NCBI GenBank assembly: GCA_951406725.2
Contig: OX597831.1
Span: 78,616,001 to 78,680,000 of the forward strand
Direction of reading: 5' to 3'
DNA: 64,000 bases
From: Octopus vulgaris
Taxonomy: Eukaryota
In this document: positions 26,721 to 41,191 of the stretch, piece by piece
Position numbering within the stretch: position 1 is the stretch's first letter
Layout of the letters: the number at the start of each line of letters is the position of its first letter
The notes under the pieces: generated by a model
Told to the model about the DNA's origin: nothing
The model's database searches: none
The model's input: the letters and a program-made list of their open reading frames with translations, nothing else
Program-made: the position numbers and the translations under genes

Positions 26721-27489
26721 ATACCATATTAGCATCGTAAATTTACTTTTCTTCTTCATTTCATTATTTTCACCTTTATTCTTTTGAGGATTAATTCTTC
26801 CTTTAATTCTTCTCGCTTTACGTCGCTTCCCCTTCGTTCCCTTCATTTTCCCCGAACTCCACCCTTCTTACCATTCCTTCCTCTGTAATTTCGGTCTTTA
26901 TTTGATTCTTTGTTTGTTTGTTCCTTTAGTTTTTCATTTACCAGTTTCGAGAGTAATGGCGGCGATTCGCTTTGTGCACAGAATTACAATGAAAGAGTTA
27001 AGTAAACGAAGAATTTACCGTTACCAACGAAATGCTTTTAATGTCCAATACGGCTTGTAGTAAACTTGTTCTGTTGGCAGTGCATGCTGCCCTACACTGT
27101 CATAAAATGTTTTATATATACATATATATGTGGTAGGGGCGGTATTATGCATATGTATACATAATACATATATGTTATGTGTGTGTGTGTGTGTGTGTTT
27201 GTGTGTATGTGTGAGTATATACATTTATGTGTATATATACATATATACATACATGTGTGCGTATGTGTATGTATACATATTCGTGTGTTTTTTTGTGTTT
27301 CCATACATAAACGTATAATCAACTACACTTATACATACATATTTACATACATACACATACACACACAAACGCGCACACAAACGCATACATAAAACATACA
27401 TATATATATATATGTTTACATATATACATATATACATACATATATATATATACACACACATATATATATATATATACATATACATGCAT

Positions 27490-27571
<82 letters not shown>

Positions 27572-27759
27572 ATATACATATATATATCCACACACATATA
27601 AATAAAATGAAAGGTAATAAAAATCTATTACCCATGTAGCAAGTACAATATCACTGGTTAATTATTATTCAGATAAACGTCTTTTTTTTTACGGTAGTAT
27701 ATTGGGAAGATATCAACATTCTATCACCGTAATACATAACAATAAAACAACAAAACGCA

Positions 27760-27802
<43 letters not shown>

Positions 27803-28049
27803 AATGTTAACACCAAAGTGTAAAGCAAAGCAACAAAAAAGAACAAATTAAAAAACTCCGGAAACGAATAAAGTGTATGACAAAGACCATGGTAGGCAAT
27901 GCTTACGACTGTCCGGTATTAATAAACCTTTTACAGATAAGTGACCACTGCGAACTGACCAGTCACCGTTCACTACTAAAATTTCCCTTCTTACTCGTAT
28001 ACTCTGGATCTCTTAATTCCCAAAGCAGACTTCGTCATCGCCATCGTCC

Positions 28050-28830
28050 GTCTTTCTTCTTCTTCTTCTTCTTCTTCTTCTTCTTCTTCTTCTTCTTCTT
28101 CTTCTTCTTCTTCTTCTTCTTCTTCTTCTTCTATCTTTTTCTTCTTCTTCTTCTTCTTCTTCTTCTTCTTCTTCTTCTTCTTCTTCTTCTTCTTCTTCTT
28201 CTTCTTCTTCTTCTTCTTCTTCTTCTTCTTCTTCTTCTTCTTCTTCTTCTTCTTCTTCTTCTTCTTCTTCTTCTTCTTCTTCTACCTTCTTCTTCTTCTT
28301 CTTCTTCTTCTTCTTCTTCTTCTTCTTCTTCTTCTTCTACTTCTATCTTCTTCTATCTTCTTTCTTCTACTTCTTTTTCTTTCTTTCTTCCTTTTCTTCT
28401 TCTTCTTCTTCTTCTACTTCTTTTTCTTCTATCTTCTTTCTTCTACTTCTTTTTCTTTCTTTCTTCTTTTTCTTCTTCTTCTTCTTCTTCTTCTTCTCCT
28501 TCTTCCTTCTTCTTCTTCTTCTTTCTTCTTCTTCTTTTTCTTCTTCTTCTTCTTCTTCTTCTACCTTCTTCTTCTTCTTCTATCTTCTATCTTCTTTCTT
28601 CTACTTCTTTTTCTTTCTTCTTCTTTTTCTTCTTCTTCTTCTTCTTCTTCTTCTATCTTCTATCTTCTTTCTTCTACTTCTTTTTCTTTCTTTCTTCTTT
28701 TTCTTCGTCTTTTCCTCCTTCATCTTCCCTCGTCGTCCTCCTCCCCTTCCTACTTCTTCTCTCCTCCTCTTCTTTCTTCTCCTTCTCCCCTCCTCCTCCT
28801 CCTCCTTTTCCACTGTCCCACCATCGACAA
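28050..28830. repeat. Long (TTC)n polypyrimidine tract with internal duplication
   Basis: Direct reading. Source of the 332-aa poly-F/L/S ORF. Confidence 0.95.
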
Positions 28831-29204
28831 CGCCTCCCTTTCTCTTGGCCCCCCTCCCCTTCTCATCGTCTTTGAAATCCTTGTTCTCTTTCTACAACGA
28901 TTCCTTCTCCATCCCCACCATCAGCATCTCCTCTTAATCTCTTATTCTTCTTTCTCTTCGTCTTCTCTATTAGTCGTGTTGTTCTTTTCCTCCTCCACCA
29001 CCACCACCATCACCACCACAACTGAGGCCACTCCAACAACGACGACCACTACGAGAAAGCTAATTAGACTAATTGTATTAGCTCTTTGGTGATACGCTCA
29101 AATTCGGTCTTCAGTGCACACATTCCGGCCAAGTGTCTGTTGCGAGGGTATCATCGTCTTCTAGTACACTTGCTACTATCAATCTCGTAATTCCTCCAAT
29201 AATA

Positions 29205-29284
<80 letters not shown>

Positions 29285-29402
29285 CCCCTTCACCTCCCCC
29301 TCTCCTTTTTCTCTCCCCAGGCTTTCAGTTGTACTGTAACATCTATTATCCTTCACTGGCCCTAGGAATCTGGGTGTGTCACTGTGAGTGATTGTAACAA
29401 AC

Positions 29403-29456
<54 letters not shown>

Positions 29457-29549
29457 GGATTGAGGTTAGTCGTCCAGAAAATGTAGAATCAAAAGAATAA
29501 GAGTGCCATTTTACATTTAATAACACTGGCACTCTTCTGTTTTTGCTTC

Positions 29550-29612
<63 letters not shown>

Positions 29613-29868
29613 TTGGTACATCACACGTATTGAGAAGAGCATTGTCGATGTGAGAACTGTTGCTGCTCATGTATTTTAATTTAACTTAAAAATAAAAAAA
29701 AAATTAAAAAAATGAACGAACTATTGAGTTTGGTTTAATGGCCTACCAATATATACTATGAGTTTCTTTGCCCTAGGAGTCGGGAAGACACTCGGCAAGA
29801 AATGGAAGCAAATTTGAAAGAAGAAAAAAGTAGCAATAATAATAATAATAATAATAATGATAATAATA

Positions 29869-30090
29869 ATATTCCTTTCTACTACAGGCACCAAGCCTGG
29901 AACTTTGGGGGAGGGTTCTAGACGATAACATCGACCCCGGACAGAACTCAACTGGTACTTATTTTAACGACCTCAAAAAGATGAAAGGCAAAGTTGACCT
30001 CGGCAGAATTTGAACTCAGAACGTAAAGACGGACGAAATACCCCTAAGTATTTCGCCCAGCGTGCTAACGATTCTACCAGCTCACCCTAA
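29869..30090 (-). mobile_element. SINE family B
   Basis: attcctttctact...gatgaaaggcaaagttgacctcggcagaatttgaactcagaacg. Confidence 0.85.
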
Positions 30091-31416
30091 TAATAATAAA
30101 AGTTAGATGTGCTGCCCTCTCCATATGTTTGGAAGGTTCTCTTCTGGCTATGCATTTTGCAAAATCGTGATTGAGATATTTAAGGAATTTCTGCCTCAAA
30201 CAGAGAAGTATGTCTAGAACACCGGGCTGGCTCCATCTTGTCTTCAAATGTCATTTTAAGAATACACTACTGCTGAAATAAATATGAGAGATTCTTTAAC
30301 TCAGGGGGGAAACTGTAGTAACTGCACAAAACATTTATAAGCTCTTTCTCTTCACGTTAGCTAAAGTAAACGCATTGAAGGAAACGCTTCTATATATGCA
30401 GCCATTAATTCAGGGCCCCGACCATTTATCCCATTCGAGTAGATTTGCAGCCCAGAGCTTAATAAGTCTGCAATAAAAGATAGCTTCCAACTGCAGCCAT
30501 TTATCAACCACGGCTGCTGTAGGTATTTATTTAATAGCTTTCTTGTTTATGTTTCAAACCAATATCCTGCAAGAAATAGCACTCTGATCTTCCTGAAGAA
30601 GTCCCAATGGCCGATTCCAACGGCAAAACGAAGGTTCACACCATTCTTTGACAAAAACCACGGCAATCAAATCATAACATCTTTTTTCAGCTCGTGTGTC
30701 GTACCAGAGAACTGTCAGTTTACCACCTAATGTATCCTCTCCTTATTTAGAAGGCAGGACATAATATAAAGGGAGGTTAAACAAACATTCTGCCAGCTGG
30801 CAGAATCGAGCAACTATCAGAGAACTTCTTTGCAATACTGTTAATTCATAAACATTCCAAGTTTATCTTTTGCGCCTCAGGGGTCGAGAAATTAGAGTAC
30901 CATCCAAGAACTGGGGTTGATGTTATGGATTAATCCCCTACAACCCCAAATTACTGGCTGTTTCAGGACCCCGGCAATTTAAATCATTCGCGTGGATTTG
31001 GAGCCCAGAGCTTATTATAGGAATGGTTATTTTATATAAAGTAATGGAGAATTATGTTAAATAAAATTATGAGGAATTGAATCCAAGGAAGCGGAACGTA
31101 AGCGGAGACAAGGACGCAGTGTATAATTCAAAGAGAGAAATGCTCACGGCTGGAAAAACATTTGTATGTTTCTGCTCACTCGATCATTGAACCGGAGCTG
31201 ACGGAGAGGTCCACAACAACGACGACGACGATGGAGACCATAACAAGTCATAGAAACAAAAAAGGGTGTATTCATACGCTGGAGTATTCATAGGCAGTAG
31301 GCCCTGAAACACAGACACACATACACACACATATAGAGACACAGACACACACACGTATAACGTGAATTCAAACAAAGACACAATGAAACATGAATTCATA
31401 GATTAGCTATAATGAA

Positions 31417-31447
<31 letters not shown>

Positions 31448-32247
31448 CATATATACTTAAATGTTTATATATATATATACATATGTATATATATATACAA
31501 ATATACATACATACATACAAAAATATATATACATATATATACGTATATATGAAACATATACATGTATATATATATATAGGTGTGTATAGTTTGTTTGTCT
31601 GATATTGTATATGTGTATAAGCATATGTAAATACATATATAGATATACAAATATACGTATATATATATATATAAAATGTGCACACACACACATACACACA
31701 AACATAATACATACATACATAATACATATATAATACATACATACATACATACATACATACATACATACATACATACATACATACATGCATGCATGCATAC
31801 ATACATACATGTGTATATGCTTGCATAATTATGTATATTTAACGAATGCCATTCGTGTGAGTGAATACAACTTAGGCATTCTGCATTCAACTGTTGACGG
31901 TTGCGCTTTAAAAACATTGCGAATCTGTTTTGTTCGTTTATTACTTACTTCCGGTTGGTGTTACAAAATGAATTGGTCAATTTTGGTATCCTTTAGATCA
32001 CTAGCTGACTAACATTGAAATATATGGGTGCGTGTGTGTGTGTGTGTGTGTATGTGTATATATATTTATGTATATTTATGTATATATGTATATGTATATT
32101 GATAAATGTTGGTACATAATTAATATGTATGTACAAGTAGGTACATAAACATAAAAAATAGGGGCAGACATATTTAGAGAACTGATTCCATTCACGTCCT
32201 TCAACTATCTATCTAACTCTCAATCTCTCTGTCACTCTCCCTCTCAC

Positions 32248-32288
<41 letters not shown>

Positions 32289-32384
32289 GTCTATCTGTCT
32301 ATCTATCTGTGCATCTATCTATTAATCTATCTCTTTACATATCTATGTATCCATCTGTCTGTCTTTGTATCTGTCTATCTATCA

Positions 32385-32456
<72 letters not shown>

Positions 32457-32647
32457 GTCTATCTATCTGTCTATCGATCTATCTATCCATCCATCCATCC
32501 ATTCATCCATCATCTATCTTTCTATCTATCTACCTATATTACCTTGCTAGCTGCCTAACAACCACAGTTTTTCTGTCTCTCTGTTACTACGACTCTGTCT
32601 ATCTCTGTCTCTGTCTGTCTGTCTGACTGTCTCTCTCTCTCTCTCTT

Positions 32648-32753
<106 letters not shown>

Positions 32754-33091
32754 AACGTACATATCCATTTCTATGCACACATTTACATACATACATAATA
32801 CACACACACACACACATGTATTCATACAAAAGCAGTGATACATTCACACACATATGCACATATATATTGTTAACGTTTATGGTTCACTGCATGGCGAAGA
32901 ATTATCGAATTCCTTTATGGGATCTTCGCCCACCTTGACCGGAAGTTGAATCGGTCAAAATAGCCTGAGATTTGGTCACTTCTTTGATGTGACATTTGTT
33001 CATCTTTGTCTTGATCCGACGCCAGTTTTTTAATGAGTTTTTCCCTTCTCTCGATTGACAACGTATATATATGCATTATGTATGTTATGTA

Positions 33092-33164
<73 letters not shown>

Positions 33165-33244
33165 GTCTGTATGTATGTGTGTCAGTATATATAAGTATGT
33201 ATATATATATAGACCGTTAGATAGATAGATAGACAGACAGATAT

Positions 33245-33278
<34 letters not shown>

Positions 33279-33332
33279 CAGATAGAAAGATAGATAGATA
33301 GGTATATAGGTAGATAGATAGATAGATGGATG

Positions 33333-33426
<94 letters not shown>

Positions 33427-34473
33427 AGCACAATATGCTTGAAGTCTGTTGTAGTAACTATTGCTTACCTGCGAAGAAATTTGCCGTGATGTAGCACAAC
33501 TTGGATCAACACCTTTTCCATCATAGGCCTTCCTGTCTCTTCGTATATACGTGGCCATCATTGTCCAGGTTGTAATCTTTTGTTCCAATTTCAAGAATTT
33601 TTCTGCTAATAATGGCTGATCCTCCGGTTACGTGGTGACTTCCTATTTAACATGTTTAAATTTTTTTTATCTATATGTAAAATTTAGAATAATGACTTGA
33701 AAAGCGATGAGATTCGACGCATATGTAATGTCGAGTATTGGATAAATATTACAGACACGGTACTTGACTGATGGGGACAGTGCTCCGCGGGGCTGAGGCC
33801 ATTGTAGCAACAATAGACAAGACACAGAGAGGAAGGTGGCTGCATACTTGTGGACACGAGCAGGGGAGAGGTTCTCGAGGGCGGAATGTTCTCAGGCAGA
33901 AAGGACTGATTCTATACGTGTGTGTTGGGGTGAAGGTAGCAGACAACAGTAAGAATAACAAAAGGTGGAAAGACGAATCGCTTGTGTTGCTTAAGTGCTG
34001 GAGGCATGAAGTTAGCCAACTCGATAAGAATAAGTGCCATTTTAGTAACGAATACCAAAGACAGAGAGAGGAGATGGCAACCCCCTCTGAACCAGAAGCT
34101 GGAACGGCTCTAGATACGTTGTGTTTAGAAAATACACTAAAGTGTTGTTTGAAGGATATCCAGGCTGCTATTTTCAGGTGTTTGCACGACTGCAAGCGAT
34201 CGATCTCAATGGCACAGTATACCTTGTATCTGTATAGCTTCTAGTTTCAAAGAAAAATCTGTAACCTTATTTTATATGAAATAACTCCCTTGATTGAGGA
34301 TTTTGGTTTATATAAAGACGAAGGAAGATCTTTGTATTAATCGCTTAGATAATCTGAATTAATCACGTACTTTCAGCTATTTCAACATACCTGCTATGGC
34401 ACCGAGGTAGATGCGTCCACCCCCGTTAACGGGAGACAAAACCCGGATTTAAAACACTGGATTATGTTGTTGT

Positions 34474-34504
<31 letters not shown>

Positions 34505-34700
34505 TGTGGTGGTGGTGGTGGTGGTGGTGGTGATGAAGGTGATGGTGGTGGTGATGATGTTGATGATGATGATGATGGTGGTTGTTGTAGTGGTGATGGA
34601 GGTGGTCGTGGTGATGGTGATGGTGGTCGTGGTGATGATGATGATGATGATCATGATGATGGTGGCGGTAATGGTGATGATGATGGCGTGATGGTGGTGG

Positions 34701-34733
<33 letters not shown>

Positions 34734-34919
34734 GTGGTGATGGAGATGGTGGTTGTGATGGTGATGGTGGTGGTGATGATGATAATGTCCCAATATTACA
34801 TACATGTAAACCTATGGTACATCAAGTTCTTTCATCTCACTATATTCACTATATGTGGTCATCATAAACTATACATGTGGACCTCATATTACATGTGTTC
34901 AATAAATTTCACTACATTC

Positions 34920-35080
34920 ACGGCGTCGAGCAGGTCGAATTGTTAGCACACGCCGGGGAGCATCGCGTTCAGGCGTCACGTTCCAAGTTCAAATCCCTCC
35001 GAGGCCGACTTTGCTTTTCATCCTTTGTGGGGCGGGTATGTCGTTAAAATAAGTACCATTTGCACATTTGCATCGATGTA
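34920..35080 (+). mobile_element. SINE family B, diverged
   Basis: ggcgtcgagcagg...gaggccgactttgcttttcatcctt. Confidence 0.7.
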
Positions 35081-35400
35081 TAGTAATCACTCGACTATCA
35101 CGGGGGTTTACCTTCCACCCCCACCGCCCCGCGATATTTGAAAATCCGCGAAGTAGAGACAATACCGTACTGTATATATATATTTTTTATAATTTGTCTA
35201 TATTTATTTTAATATAAATGCAAAACAACACCAGACATCCGCCTCCCGAGTTTCGTTTTGTATGTGTGATTCGTTGTTTACTCATCTAAGGTACTCTACG
35301 TATTTTTTTCAAGAATAAATTTTGATTAATGTGTTATACAGTGCAGCAATGTACTGTATTTTTATTTAATAATTTATTCATTTTTTAGGCGTGGAAAAGC
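35081..35400 (+). mobile_element. Tigger/pogo-like DNA transposon end fragment
   Basis: ta-tagtaatcactcgactatcacggggg...cgcgata..tgaaaatccgcgaagtag resembles Tigger-type termini (from memory); no second end found. Confidence 0.45.
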
Positions 35401-35433
35401 TTATTTCACCAGAGAAATAATTAAAATCTAAAA

Positions 35434-35830
35434 TCTAAAATCTTAACAGCCCTCATCAATTGTGTTTACTGGTTTTGTTCTCACTGTCCTGTTCTTGTTA
35501 CAACTTTCACCCTCCGCAAATCCCAAATTTTATTTAATTTGCTTTGCGGGAAGGACAGTTTCGACGAAGTCGCGTCTTGTCCTTACCTTCGAATAGTGGA
35601 GTAATTGAAACAGGAACAACTGATGAAGGGGAATATTCTTCATGTTGCATGTCTCATTTCTCTATTTGCTTTCTTCGTTGACCGAAAAAACGTTCGTTTC
35701 TCTGTTTTTGTTTTATGCATTCGTTTCTCATTGTGTTCAAAGTTTTTTTTTTATGACCTGTACCCATATATGCATGTATATATACATATATATGTAGGTA
35801 TGTACATATATGTATGTATATATGCATATA
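35434..35830 (+). repeat. Dispersed repeat family C
   Basis: Matches 17975-18270 in the opposite orientation. Confidence 0.75.
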
Positions 35831-35880
35831 TTCAGATATCATTTATATTATATATTATTTATATTATATATATATGAAAG

Positions 35881-36499
35881 AAGGTTTGAAAATGCAATTT
35901 TAAATATGTTTATTCACTTGACCGGTTTCACCTTTTGAGAAAAAGATTGTCAAAAGTAAAATGCAAAGCTTTGTATAAGCTTTTTTGAGTACTGGTTATT
36001 ACAAAAGTATTAAAAAACGGAAATAGATTCTTTGATAATAATAAGAAAATGTGAAAAGCAGTTTACAAGAAAGTATTTAGGAAAGTAATCAGAACGGGAC
36101 TCCAAAATGTAGAGTTCAATAAAAATCATGTTTGTTTGGTAGTATATATATACACAGAAGGAAATGTATTTAAGAATTCCTCTACAATTTCTTGTAAATT
36201 CTTAAATATATTTCCTTCTGTGTATATACATACTACCAAACAAGCATGATTTTTATTGAACTCTACATTTTGGAGTCCCGTTCTGATTACTTTCCTAAAT
36301 ACTTTCTTGTAAACTGCTTTTAACATTTTCTTATCATTATCAAAGAATGTATATATGTATTTTAATACTTTTGTGACAACCAGTGCATAACACAACAAAG
36401 CTCACACAAAGCTTTACATGTTACTTTTGACAATTTTTTTCTAAAAAAGTGAAACCAGTCAGGTGAATAAACATCTTTAAAACTGTATTTTCAAACCTT
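35881..36499. mobile_element. Fold-back element with ~300-bp arms, ~19-bp spacer and a hammerhead-like motif in each arm
   Basis: 35881-36178 is the reverse complement of 36198-36499; motifs at 35913-35960 (-) and 36421-36467 (+). Confidence 0.85.
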
Positions 36500-36562
36500 G
36501 TTTCAGATATATTTCCACTCGAGCGGTACCTTACAACTTTACTTCGTTATATATATATATAT

Positions 36563-36774
36563 ACTCTCTTTACTCTTTTATTTGTTTCAGCCATTTGACT
36601 GCGGCCATGCTGGAGCACCGCCTTTAATCGAGCAACACGACCCCGGCATTTATTCTTTGTTAGCCCAGTACTTATTCTATCGGTCTCTTTTGCCGAACCG
36701 CTAAGTTACGGGGACGTAAAAACACCAGCATCGGTTGTCAAGCGACGGTGGGAGGAGAAACGCAGACGAAAAAC

Positions 36775-36780
<6 letters not shown>
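36563..36780 (-). mobile_element. SINE family A, 3' half
   Basis: catttgactgcggccatgctggagcaccgcc...ggttgtcaagcga. Confidence 0.88.
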
Positions 36781-36865
<85 letters not shown>

Positions 36866-37041
36866 ACCAATAGAATTTTCTTTTCTGATAATTTTTTCAC
36901 TTTAATAATTAGATGTTTATAAATTTACAAAAGGTGACTCATCAGAACGGAAAAAAAATATCAGAAAAGCTATTTCTATTAATCTTATAATACAATACCA
37001 AAGACTTTATATTTCTTATTCTATTACTACTGCTACTACTA

Positions 37042-37102
<61 letters not shown>

Positions 37103-37144
37103 TTACTACTACACCACACACACACATACACACACACGCATATA

Positions 37145-37326
37145 TACGGGGTGATTGATGAATCGTTCCTGAGTATCACGAACATCCTTTTTTGACGGAC
37201 CACTAAGTTACGGGAGCGTAAAAAACTGAAGGGCACCTGCTGTAAATTTCTGAGCCTGAGATGGCAATACTGATCCTCCAGTATTTTCCTTTACACAAAG
37301 CCGGGAACTTTTCAGCACACCTTCAT
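37145..37326. mobile_element. Mariner-type MITE, diverged inverted relative of 60722-60948
   Basis: Ends in gccgggaacttttcagcac..cttcata; internal aaaaactgaagg..c.gctg matches 60832-60853 inverted. Confidence 0.55.
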
Positions 37327-37640
37327 ATATATTCATTACTTATGAGAACATCGTATGCAACCATAAGTGACTATTTTCCTTCGTCCGTTCGCATCATTTA
37401 CATAGACGTATTCTTATACGAAACACCGTAAGAAATCAGAGCTGCGTCTAATGTCTATAGAAAATTTGTAGAGATAAGTGATCAATGTATGTATGTATAT
37501 GTATGTATGTATGTATGTACGTATGTATGTATGTATGTATGTATGTATGTATGTATGTATGTATGTATGTATGTATCTATCTATCTATCTACCTATCTAT
37601 CTATCTACCGATCTATCTCTCCCTTCTCTCTCTCTCTCTG

Positions 37641-37727
<87 letters not shown>

Positions 37728-37768
37728 ACAGAGAGAGAAAGAGAAAGAGAGAGATAGATAGAAGATAG

Positions 37769-37839
<71 letters not shown>

Positions 37840-37980
37840 GTGCAAAACTTTATTGGAAAAAATAGTCAAATACCAAGGGTAGAGTAATATGCTTCATTAC
37901 TTATGCAAGAACATCGTATGCAACCATAATTGCTCAGAGTTTTCACGTTCCCGTTCGGCAGACAGTTTTGATGAATATAA

Positions 37981-38037
<57 letters not shown>

Positions 38038-38040
<3 letters not shown>

Positions 38041-38603
38041 GGTTGTCCGGAAAGTTCGTGCCGATTTATAGCAGTTTACCTTTCGACTTATTTTAGAACA
38101 TGGTTGAGTAAATGAAATAGGATTTGACGACACCTCCATTTAGAGCACAGATTAAGCCATCTTTTCGTGGAAGAAGGTTTATGTTCCTATAACCTGTGTT
38201 AATTCTGTAACCCTTTAAAATGGAAGATACGAAAGTTCATTTTCGGCACTTGATGCTTTGGGAACCAGACAAAAATTGCTGCAGTTCGGCTGGGATGTGT
38301 TACTCCACCCTCCATATTCACCAGATATTGCTCCTTTGAATTTCCACTTATTCAGGTCCCTGCAAAATAGTCTTAATGGTAAAAATTTCAATTCCTTGGA
38401 TGACGTAAAAAGATACCTTGATGAATTCTTTGCCATGAAACCACCTCAATTCTGGGAAGAGGGTATTTTCATGTTAAAGCAAAGATGGAGACGCATTGTG
38501 CAACAAAATGCTTCATATTTGGTTGATTAAAAAGGTAATGGCAAGTATTTATTGACCTTTTTGTCTCCTTTAAAAACCGGCATTAACTTTCCGGACATCC
38601 CAA
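38038..38603 (+). mobile_element. Internally deleted mariner with both TIRs
   Basis: TIRs ttgggttgtccggaaagtt / aactttccggacatcccaa-TA; N-terminal MEDTKVHFRHLMLWE (38220) is joined out of frame to HPPYSPDIAPLNFHLFRSLQNSL...RWRRIVQQNASYLVD*. Confidence 0.9.
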
Positions 38604-38999
38604 TATATCTGTGTATGTATCCATAAATGTATGTATTATAAATATTTATATATATATATATATATATAAAATCATATATATATAAAATTATATATATATA
38701 TATAATATATACGTTATAGAAAGTATTTGAATATTTATGCATAAATATATTCATTTTCGTGTGTATATATGCGTGTGTGCGCATGTGTGGGTATGTTTAT
38801 GCTTTTCTAAAAGTGAAAAACCACCAAATTCTTACCAAAGGGGAAAAAGACCGAAACAAACCAATTTTCAAAGATGGCATCAAAAACTTTCTCACGCGAA
38901 AACGACAATATGTTAACAAGTCGCTCCTTTTGCAAGATCGGATCAAATTCCAATAGGAAGAGCTGCTGATGTGCTTCCTTCTCCTACTGCAAACGCCGT

Positions 39000-39030
<31 letters not shown>

Positions 39031-39144
39031 GCTGGTGCTGGTGCTGTTGTTGTTTTTGCTGCATTTCTTGATGTTTATATTATTACTGTTACTCACAGTC
39101 TTTTTTAATAGTTGCGATTTAATCCTCAATTATGCACTCTGAAG

Positions 39145-39201
<57 letters not shown>

Positions 39202-39280
39202 CCTGCCAGTTTTTGTGTTTGCTCGTATACGAATGTGTAAGAATAATCTTTTTACCATATATACTCTGTTCCACTTTACC

Positions 39281-39326
<46 letters not shown>

Positions 39327-39342
39327 CATATACATGTATGTA

Positions 39343-39378
<36 letters not shown>

Positions 39379-39520
39379 CACAGATAGATAGATAGATACA
39401 TACATACATACATTTTACAGACATATGTAGGTATATACATATACATATATAATTATATATATATTATATAATATATATATATTATATATATGTATAAAAT
39501 ATTATATATATGTATAAAAT

Positions 39521-39552
<32 letters not shown>

Positions 39553-39608
39553 TTGTATGCACACACATATATTTCTATACATATATACACATAAATATAA
39601 TATAATAT

Positions 39609-39651
<43 letters not shown>

Positions 39652-39892
39652 CCATAATGTGAACACGCACACACACACACAAATCTATATATATATACAT
39701 AATATGAACACACACATATATATATATATACATACATATAAATATATATCAATATGTAATGCCGTGTATTTTATATTTTATCATTTTTTAATAACTCCAC
39801 ATTTCTTCACATGAGTTAAAAACAATTTCACTTCCACCAATAAATACAGATTAGGGCAATTTATTTTTCTTCCTCTGCTCCTCATACAGTCC

Positions 39893-40082
<190 letters not shown>

Positions 40083-40359
40083 GCCAATTTCTCTCTTGAT
40101 ATTCCCCTTTTATCTGCATTTGTTTATATATTCATTTTCTTTCCATCTTTCCTTTACTTTCTTCATATCATTTAAAATTTAAAAAAGTAAAATCCCCAAA
40201 AAGCAAAACTGATTTGTGAGACGTGTTATCTAATTTTCTTGTTGATTTAATTGTTTATATATTATTCATCATCCAGCTCTGAGTAAACCTTAAAGACGAC
40301 GAATCTCACCGCAAATAGGGCACAAGAGACCCACGTTGTGTTTGGATAAGCACTTCTGC

Positions 40360-40430
<71 letters not shown>

Positions 40431-40611
40431 TATATATTTATATATGTATGACTAACTAAGCATATACATACGTCCAAGTCCCCCCTCTCTATCTCTCTCT
40501 CTCCATATATATATATATGATGATGGATGTAGACACACACCACACACACACATATATGTATATGTGTTTCTGTGTGTGTGGAGGTGTATATATATATATA
40601 TATATATGTAA

Positions 40612-40700
<89 letters not shown>

Positions 40701-41124
40701 TTTTACATATCATAAACGTATTTGCGTATGTGAATTGAGCGTTCGGAAAGTGAAGAGGCTGATTGTTGATAAAAGATGAAAAAGTATTTAGATGCGGGGA
40801 GCGGGGTGTGGTGTGTGCGTAAGGGCGTGATGTAAGTATCGCTTGAGTGTTGACGATACGTAAATGTCATAAAGGAAAGGAGGAAATAAGGAAGGAAGGA
40901 AGGAAAGAAGGAAGGAAGGAAGGAAGGAATAGAGGGATCGAGGGGGAAGCGAGAAACGGGGATGAGAAAGTTATTATAATTACATATTCATTCATACATA
41001 AATGTATATAAGTCTGCAATTGTTTGCATCCGAATAAATTTTTGTATGTATGTATGCATGTATGTATGTGTATATAAATATATGCATACGTATATATGTA
41101 TGTATATATGCATGTATATGTATA

Positions 41125-41188
<64 letters not shown>

Positions 41189-41191
<3 letters not shown>

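Noticed and set aside
29090-29870. CRISPR-like repeat-spacer appearance
   Set aside because: Repeats are variable-length (AAT)n, segments are 90-220 bp, context is eukaryotic, and there are no cas genes.
30100-30790. Unique 700-bp segment as a host exon or transposase
   Set aside because: The frames I translated are interrupted by stops and show no recognisable motif.
36868-36980. Short inverted repeat around a minus-strand CTGATGA
   Set aside because: No GAAA box or helices; too AT-rich to exclude chance.
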